Shown piece after piece: positions 58,289 to 64,000 of a stretch of DNA of 64,000 nt. Position 1 is the first letter of the stretch; every line of letters begins with the position of its first letter. Source of the stretch: an uncultured virus (IMG/VR IMGVR_UViG_3300028377_000003) (Duplodnaviria > Heunggongvirae > Uroviricota > Caudoviricetes); IMG/VR virus record IMGVR_UViG_3300028377_000003, positions 1 to 64,000 of that record. The stretch is one strand, 5' to 3'. Made by a program: the position numbers and the translations under genes. The notes under the pieces are model-generated. The model was not told the DNA's origin and did not search any database. It was given only the letters and a program-made list of their open reading frames with translations.

Positions 58289-58396
58289 CCATTGTTGGGT
58301 GCGGACTTACAAACGAGCAAGTCCAATGAGTTACGTAACGGCTCGTATAGGTACGAGCGAAGATACGTAGTAGCACCCAACAATGGGAAGTGTCAA
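58289..58396 (-). promoter_or_regulatory. Structured leader and promoter upstream of TROVE
   Basis: 14-bp inverted repeat 58289-58302/58373-58386 enclosing two hairpins and a palindrome; TTGACA-N18-TACTAC. Confidence 0.6.
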
Positions 58397-58405
58397 ACGT
58401 ATTCC

Positions 58406-58996
58406 TTACCAGTAGAACCCTTCAATGTCGCCTTTGTAGATTTTATCGCGGGTTTTTTCGAGGATGCTTCTGATTTTGCTAGGGAAAGGGAACATCCAAA
58501 AATACATCCCACCCGTGAATTTTTTGGCGATAAACGAAATCATCCATTCCGGGATGTTCCCGTTGAGTTCATAGTGGGCTACCATCGTCGCCGTGTAACC
58601 GCGAAGCTCCCAATAGGCCCGCATCGTAAAAATGACGGGCAACACACAAATGAAACTCAAAGGGAACCAGATAGGATGCTTTCGTTGGTCGAGCAAGTGC
58701 ATCACTTCATGCCGCACGATTTTGTATACGTTGGCGTCCGTCCAATCACCGTAAGTGGATCGGCTCGGCAATACGAGGGTGTTCCCTTGCAAGCCGTTCG
58801 AATAGCGTTCGTTGAACTTTTTCTTGAAAGAGGCGACGAAAAACCCCACGAAACCAACAAAGAGCCACGCAACAAACGTACTGAAATTCGTCTTGTGCCA
58901 GCCCGGTTCGTCTTTGTAAACCACTTTGAAATCAGGGATTTCCCGATCAATAAAGTCGCGAAGTTCTTGGACCTTTTCTAACGGTACCTTTGACAT
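58406..58996 (-). CDS. Membrane HExxH metallopeptidase-like protein
   Basis: RHEVMH...WELRGY with hydrophobic segments. Confidence 0.75.
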   Translation of the reverse strand: MSKVPLEKVQELRDFIDREIPDFKVVYKDEPGWHKTNFSTFVAWLFVGFVGFFVASFKKKFNERYSNGLQGNTLVLPSRSTYGDWTDANVYKIVRHEVMHLLDQRKHPIWFPLSFICVLPVIFTMRAYWELRGYTATMVAHYELNGNIPEWMISFIAKKFTGGMYFWMFPFPSKIRSILEKTRDKIYKGDIEGFYW

Positions 58997-59051
58997 ACGT
59001 ATCTCCGTGTGCGAAAATTATCTGGTACGTACCACGACAGGTAAAACGACC

Positions 59052-59429
59052 ATGCTACGCAACTATTTCCTATTACATGGCGCTTATAAGCGGATAACCC
59101 ACACGAAAAAGGTGGAAATAGGGGATTGGGTCCTCATCAAAACCCGTGGTAAAAAGAGCCCTAGCACCACCATCTATGTGGGTCAGGTGCTAAACACCAC
59201 GAAAAGCGATTCGGTCGATTTGCAAGTCGGTGAAGAAGACGTCTATCTGGTGGACACCGAAGGTTTGCTCAAGGTGCCTCGTACCAAAGCGGGCAAAATG
59301 AGGGCGAGGGTCAAAGACCCCGGAACACAGGCTTATCTCTGGCAATCCCAATGGAGGCTTTTCCGGGAATCTGACAGGCCCAAACTCACCGAAACGGTTT
59401 TGTATTTCATTTTCACGGCCCTCAACTGA
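59052..59429 (+). CDS. Hypothetical protein
   Basis: MLRNYF... Confidence 0.65.
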   Translation: MLRNYFLLHGAYKRITHTKKVEIGDWVLIKTRGKKSPSTTIYVGQVLNTTKSDSVDLQVGEEDVYLVDTEGLLKVPRTKAGKMRARVKDPGTQAYLWQSQWRLFRESDRPKLTETVLYFIFTALN

Positions 59430-59431
59430 AC

Positions 59432-59866
59432 ATGCCCCTATTTATCAAAAACCCACGACCCCGGCCCGGTGATCTTTTACTATTCCGCGCTGATAGATTC
59501 TATTTTCCGGCTGAGGACACGAATTTAGCGCTTGAATTCAACATCTATGTTCCTGAGATCGTGCTAGCTTTGGGGACGTATGAGTCTTTCAAAAAACAGA
59601 GCGAAGCGAAAATTAGACTGTACTATGACGTTGAATACCAAGCCAACCAAATTCAGCCGCGTAAAAGTGCCCATTTCCTCGGTGAATTCGCCCGGACAAA
59701 AGGCTGGGTAGTTCCTGAACACTTGGACCATCTGTATAAGTTGGCCGGAAGTGTAGTTGGACGCCTTAACCTCACCGATGAACATGAGGTCTGGCAATAT
59801 TTGACGCAATGTGCCCGGTCACTTAAACACATGGAACGGGTGTCGAGATACCATTCAAAGGATTGA
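59432..59866 (+). CDS. Hypothetical protein (tandem paralog)
   Basis: Shares MPLF...GDL and VVGRLN...YL..CA with the next gene. Confidence 0.75.
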   Translation: MPLFIKNPRPRPGDLLLFRADRFYFPAEDTNLALEFNIYVPEIVLALGTYESFKKQSEAKIRLYYDVEYQANQIQPRKSAHFLGEFARTKGWVVPEHLDHLYKLAGSVVGRLNLTDEHEVWQYLTQCARSLKHMERVSRYHSKD

Positions 59867-59872
59867 TCCCCC

Positions 59873-60283
59873 ATGCCTCTGTTTGCGCGAAAAAAGCGCT
59901 ACACGGAAGGCGATCTGGTTGTAGTATCCCAAATATCACTACTTGAATTTTCATCACGATTTTCATACCTCAACCGGCTCAACCTGTTCGTGGGCCACTA
60001 TGAACCCCTCCGGGAATACAAAACCAACCGAAAACTCCCGGCCTTCGTCCCTTACTGGCAACTTTGCTGTTACCTCAACAGCAGTTTTTCGTTCTACGAC
60101 GTGTATGACACCGCTGAGTTTATCCTAGAAGACCATCGAGAAACGATTGAAGGCGTCGTAGTGGGTAGACTGAACGTCAACGACCGCTACGATGTACGCT
60201 CTTACTTGAAGCTGTGTGCCAAGCGTCTGACTCCGTACTACCGGGATCAAGTATTCAGTCATGCCGTTTCCCGTATCGGTTGA
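59873..60283 (+). CDS. Hypothetical protein (tandem paralog)
   Basis: Paralog of 59432-59866. Confidence 0.75.
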   Translation: MPLFARKKRYTEGDLVVVSQISLLEFSSRFSYLNRLNLFVGHYEPLREYKTNRKLPAFVPYWQLCCYLNSSFSFYDVYDTAEFILEDHRETIEGVVVGRLNVNDRYDVRSYLKLCAKRLTPYYRDQVFSHAVSRIG

Positions 60284-60357
60284 TCGGACTGGCATGAGAT
60301 CGCAAAATACTTTACTATGTATGAAATGAATTTGGACGAACCCAAATAGGAGATCAC

Positions 60358-60909
60358 ATGAAAAGACTGACAGTTGCATTCGTAGCCCTCACCGCCTTAG
60401 TAGCCTGTGAAAATGAGGAGTTACTTGAAACCCAATCCCAACTGGCGGACGCCCGCCAAGAGATCAGTGACCAAGAAACTACCATTGCCTTGTGCGAAGA
60501 CACGGCTCAGAAAAAGCAAGCCGAACTTTGCGAAAAACTGAAAACGGTCGTCGAAACGTACCATGTCCAATACTTTGAAGTTGGTGACGAAGATGTAGAC
60601 GTTCCGTGCAATCCTGCTGGCGGGGATTTCAGCGTGCGGGTACACAAAGACGACACCCAACGAGGATGGGCGTACCTTCGTTACGATATCAATGGCAACA
60701 CCCGTTTCAGTGACCGACTCGTCTATGCGGTCAATGGTGGGACGGCGAACTACGACGGGAAAGCAGATCGAAACTCCCTCCGTGTGATCGACCCCACATT
60801 CAGCGATTCGGTTTTGCTGTCCGTTGAAAGCTGTGACGCCGACACGGATACTTGCTCACTTAGCTGCCGAGTCCTTGCAAACCACCACGAAACGACATGC
60901 ACGCAATGA
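60358..60909 (+). CDS. Predicted lipoprotein
   Basis: MKRL + hydrophobic stretch + LVAC lipobox; Cys-rich body. Confidence 0.8.
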   Translation: MKRLTVAFVALTALVACENEELLETQSQLADARQEISDQETTIALCEDTAQKKQAELCEKLKTVVETYHVQYFEVGDEDVDVPCNPAGGDFSVRVHKDDTQRGWAYLRYDINGNTRFSDRLVYAVNGGTANYDGKADRNSLRVIDPTFSDSVLLSVESCDADTDTCSLSCRVLANHHETTCTQ

Positions 60910-61424
60910 ACGGCCTTGATCTTACAAAGCACTACGAAGACGTAGTTCGAATCGTTTACGCTAAATTCGGAGCCGAGGCCGAAGACCCCGACGACTTGGT
61001 GCATGACGTGTGCGAAAAGATCCTCAAGCTCAACCAAGGGTCCAGCCCGTATGTAGCTTCGAGGTGTGCGCCCTCGACCTACATCTATATGGTGGCGAGG
61101 GGTGTCCTGATCAAGCAACTGAACCGGGACAAAGTTCCCGAAGGCGCGGATACTGCGTCTTTAATTCCTAGATCCGGGCACCGAAAAGTGTGCTTGCTTG
61201 AATGGAATGAAGAGTTGCTCAAAGGCTTCGAACAGCACCTGAAAGATTCACTCACTTTCGAAGATACGCTACCACGGCGTGTGTTCCTTTTGCTTCGCAT
61301 GGGCTACACACGAAAGGAGATTTGCAAACTCCTTGACGAAACCCTCTACCAAGTCAAGAAGCAAAAGGGGAGGCTTCGGGACCTTGCTGAGGACTTCATC
61401 GACGACCTGCATCCGTCCCGATGA
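60906..61424 (+). CDS. ECF-type sigma-70-like factor
   Basis: Region-2-like DDLVHDVCEKIL...STYIYMVAR; region-4-like RVFLL...GYTRKEICKLL. Confidence 0.65.
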   Translation: MNGLDLTKHYEDVVRIVYAKFGAEAEDPDDLVHDVCEKILKLNQGSSPYVASRCAPSTYIYMVARGVLIKQLNRDKVPEGADTASLIPRSGHRKVCLLEWNEELLKGFEQHLKDSLTFEDTLPRRVFLLLRMGYTRKEICKLLDETLYQVKKQKGRLRDLAEDFIDDLHPSR

Positions 61425-61707
61425 AAGGGAGCACAACCAACACTTGATGCTTGCAGGGGATGTCCCGGTAATTGTGGTGGGCCGGGCAAGAGCACTTCCG
61501 GGTTCGCTCTTTCATGTCGATCTCGACATAATAAGGTTCCGGTGCTGTCCCCTGCACCCTCGCTTTCAGTACACCTTCGCCCGTGATATTGAGCGACTTG
61601 ATGCGGTCTTCGGAAAAGTAACCCTTGGCCCGCATCCGTATCCGGTCTGGAGCTTGCTTGTACAAGGCCCGCATAACTTTACTGTAGTCGTAATGGCCCA
61701 TAGGCAC
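61396..61707 (-). CDS. SWIM zinc-finger protein
   Basis: ARVQGT...CSCPAH...PCKH; promoter variant at 61756-61785. Confidence 0.75.
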   Translation of the reverse strand: MPMGHYDYSKVMRALYKQAPDRIRMRAKGYFSEDRIKSLNITGEGVLKARVQGTAPEPYYVEIDMKERTRKCSCPAHHNYRDIPCKHQVLVVLPFIGTDAGRR

Positions 61708-61769
61708 CTCGTCGTCGTCGTAATGGAATCGTAGTAGGTTCGTGCCTGCAGTCTCTTATACCTTATATA

Positions 61770-62183
61770 CTATTCACCGTCAAAATGTTTTTCCAGCACT
61801 GACTCAAGCTGTTGAGCGAACTTTTCGGTAATGGACGGGGTGCTCTTGCTTTTGCGTTGGACCTTGGCGATTTGCCGCTTGTAATAGGCGGCCCACATGA
61901 GCGTGTGGTTTCCGGGGTTCTTGTCGTAACCGTCTAGCACTTCGATCAGCCCTTCCTTGCGCCACATCCACAGATACGACCGTATCGACTCCCACTTGTA
62001 ATAGTAACGCCCCGGCCTCAAATCCTGTAGCTCATCGTGGATTTCCCGGACATCCTGATACGTGAAAGGGGTGGACTTGATGTACGTATCTCGGATCCAC
62101 AACACATACCGTGCCACGTTCGGGAAAACAGGTTCCCCGGAAGCAGTAAGGCCCTCCTCGTATTCAACAATTGGGGGGAACAT
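61770..62183 (-). CDS. Hypothetical protein (possible wHTH)
   Basis: SIRSYLWMWRKEGLIEV. Confidence 0.6.
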   Translation of the reverse strand: MFPPIVEYEEGLTASGEPVFPNVARYVLWIRDTYIKSTPFTYQDVREIHDELQDLRPGRYYYKWESIRSYLWMWRKEGLIEVLDGYDKNPGNHTLMWAAYYKRQIAKVQRKSKSTPSITEKFAQQLESVLEKHFDGE

Positions 62184-62256
62184 AGCAATAAACTTTTTAT
62201 ATGGTGGTTGAAGTGAATCCTTTTGATCTCACGTCAGACATAATTAGGGTAACTCC

Positions 62257-62970
62257 ATGTCGCTAAAAAAGCAACTGATCAAATTGGGCAAGGTGCGCAA
62301 AAACCTTCGTCCCCATATCCGACCGGTTTTGGCTGAACTGAAAAAGCTGGCGTCCGTCACCGTAACTCCGAAAAGGGGTTTGCCGGATTCGCCACGCTTT
62401 GCCCAGCACCTGTCTGGCCTCAAGAGTGATCACCACTCTTTTCAGTTGGTTGAGATATCGACGGAAAGCAAAACAGTTGAGGCCGCATGGGTCACATCCA
62501 CACGTCCCGGAAGACTGGATGTAGCGATGGGAGGCATGGTCTACCAATTTGAAGGCCGCAGCCCTGAAGATGCAGCTAAAGATTGGGCCAGAAAATATGC
62601 CACGACCCGGAAACAGGCAAACAACGGCCTGTATGAAAAAGCATCGGAGCTTGCCCGCAAGCATGTCGGGGCGATTGAGCAAGGGTTCGAAAAGCTCCTG
62701 AAAGACGCCAAGAAAAGCCTTGCGAAACAAGACCTAGAGATCAACATCTTTGGGCGCAACACATCATGGCTGAGTTATCGTAACCACGGTAGCGACGGGC
62801 TTCTTGTCGGCGGGCAACTCAAGATCACAGATAATGCGGAATATCCCCGGTCCAAAGAGGAGATCGGCGATGCTGTAGTAGCCTCCGGTGTCACTGATTG
62901 GGCTTATGTCCGACGTGGGAAAGGGGCAGGACAATGGATCGTGGAAATCGGCAATTCCGACCGTATCTAA
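62257..62970 (+). CDS. Hypothetical protein with N-terminal QLIKLG peptide
   Basis: MSLKKQLIKLGKVRKNLRPHIRPVL. Confidence 0.8.
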   Translation: MSLKKQLIKLGKVRKNLRPHIRPVLAELKKLASVTVTPKRGLPDSPRFAQHLSGLKSDHHSFQLVEISTESKTVEAAWVTSTRPGRLDVAMGGMVYQFEGRSPEDAAKDWARKYATTRKQANNGLYEKASELARKHVGAIEQGFEKLLKDAKKSLAKQDLEINIFGRNTSWLSYRNHGSDGLLVGGQLKITDNAEYPRSKEEIGDAVVASGVTDWAYVRRGKGAGQWIVEIGNSDRI

Positions 62971-62990
62971 TCATTTCGTAGGAGATCACA

Positions 62991-63413
62991 ATGGATTTGA
63001 AAGACCAACTCATCAAGCTAGGCTCCGATAACAAGAGCCTTCGAAAGCATATCAAACCGGTACTCGCTACCTTGTACAAGGTGGACGGTGATTCCCTTGC
63101 GGCAGTCGTAGGGGACGCCAAGCGTAAGTTTGCTACGGATCTAGCGGGCTTGATGGAAGAGAGGATCAAGCGAGAATTCGACGTCAATACAGGTCGTTCT
63201 AGGGACGGCGGTCGCATCGACACTGACGGTGGCTGGTCGGTTACCATCACCCTTGATCCAAGAAATAAGGGCAACGGTATTATTGCCTACCTCGAAGATA
63301 TCGACGGTAGAAATATCAGCACGGTGACTTTTGCCTCTACCGACCTCAAGCGAAAAATCATGAAAAAGGTGGTAGCGGAAATCAGAGACAATATCACGGA
63401 TTACTACCTCTAA
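62991..63413 (+). CDS. Hypothetical protein with N-terminal QLIKLG peptide
   Basis: MDLKDQLIKLGSDNKSLRKHIKPVL; AGGAG RBS. Confidence 0.8.
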   Translation: MDLKDQLIKLGSDNKSLRKHIKPVLATLYKVDGDSLAAVVGDAKRKFATDLAGLMEERIKREFDVNTGRSRDGGRIDTDGGWSVTITLDPRNKGNGIIAYLEDIDGRNISTVTFASTDLKRKIMKKVVAEIRDNITDYYL

Positions 63414-63423
63414 GGGTTAGATT

Positions 63424-64000
63424 ATGAGTCTTTCAGACTGGCACAACAAGTTCGGGGGCCGCTCTTGGCGGATCACATCCGAGGGTATCGAAACAAAGGA
63501 CGAGGGACTTCTTCGTAGCCGTGGTGAGCCTATCACCATGAAAACCTTGTGGGAAGATTTCGGTGACGAGATCTATTACGCCTCAAAAGAGCTTGAAGTC
63601 CCGGCTGATATGATTGCGGCGATGATTCCCATCGAAGCTGTTCGAAAAAGTGACGGGCATTACGACCCGAAGTCAATTCGCGAAGAGCCGGGCTACACTT
63701 CCGATGAGGAAACACCTCACCGGGTATCTCCGGGCCTCATGCAGACATTGATTTCAACCGCGAAGTCAATGGCTTCCAAATACGACCTAGTGCCCGAAAA
63801 TGAGGTCGACCGCGAATTTCTGTTCGACCCGCACTACAGCATTTTGTTAGGCGCGGCCTACATGGCTCACCAGATCGAAAAATACGGGGTAGATCCACCT
63901 CTTATTTGTTCAGGATATAATGCGGGATCAGTGCGAAAAACCACACGAAATAGTTGGCACTTGATCGCCTATGGTAAAACTCGAATTGACCGGTATGTAT
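63424..64000 (+). CDS. SLT-family lytic transglycosylase (3' end outside window)
   Basis: Own translation: ...AAMIPIEA...SPGLMQ...LFDP..SILLGAAY...GYNAG. Confidence 0.85.
   Translation, partial: MSLSDWHNKFGGRSWRITSEGIETKDEGLLRSRGEPITMKTLWEDFGDEIYYASKELEVPADMIAAMIPIEAVRKSDGHYDPKSIREEPGYTSDEETPHRVSPGLMQTLISTAKSMASKYDLVPENEVDREFLFDPHYSILLGAAYMAHQIEKYGVDPPLICSGYNAGSVRKTTRNSWHLIAYGKTRIDRYV

Noticed and set aside
58289..58386. Firm Y RNA annotation
   Set aside because: No canonical Ro-binding bulged helix or T-loop consensus; kept only as a hypothesis.
57854..58981. Long antisense ORFs (also 33249-34136, 23610-24620, 5723-6505, 14941-15702)
   Set aside because: They are shadows of well-supported opposite-strand genes, with no RBS or motifs.
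1..64000. Alternative genetic code, diversity-generating retroelement, retron or transposase
   Set aside because: Conserved enzymes are full length in the standard code and TAG, TGA and TAA all end genes. No reverse transcriptase, TR/VR pair or DDE transposase was recognised.

Overview
A 64-kb segment that reads as part of a large (jumbo-type) tailed phage genome. The evidence is dense short hypothetical ORFs, about 25 copies of one sigma70-like promoter (TTGAC-N18-TATA, often CTAGGGTATAGGTTAGTG), a terminase-like ATPase, homing endonucleases, a phage-borne tmRNA and an SLT lytic transglycosylase, with no rRNA or ribosomal-protein operons. Main points: (1) a complete four-gene deamidating NAD+ salvage operon (pncB-nadE-pncA-nadD) behind a phage promoter; (2) an Rnl5/DRB0094-family RNA ligase split into two genes by a split intein at its catalytic KxxG motif, with a free-standing Vsr-like endonuclease between the halves; (3) unrelated cargo proteins, including an ADP-ribosyltransferase-like domain, that share a 'LxxQLIKLG...LRxHIxPxL' peptide; (4) an RNA-repair and translation-rescue set (Ro60/TROVE, tmRNA, HD hydrolase, macrodomain, phosphoesterase); (5) promoter-bounded early cassettes carrying a Zn-finger 'RGGHR' paralog family with a shared leader; (6) a pseudoknotted candidate ncRNA near 4.5 kb; and (7) several genes broken by short insertions, mostly perfect 2-7 nt tandem duplications. 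All calls come from reading motifs by eye; no database searches were run.
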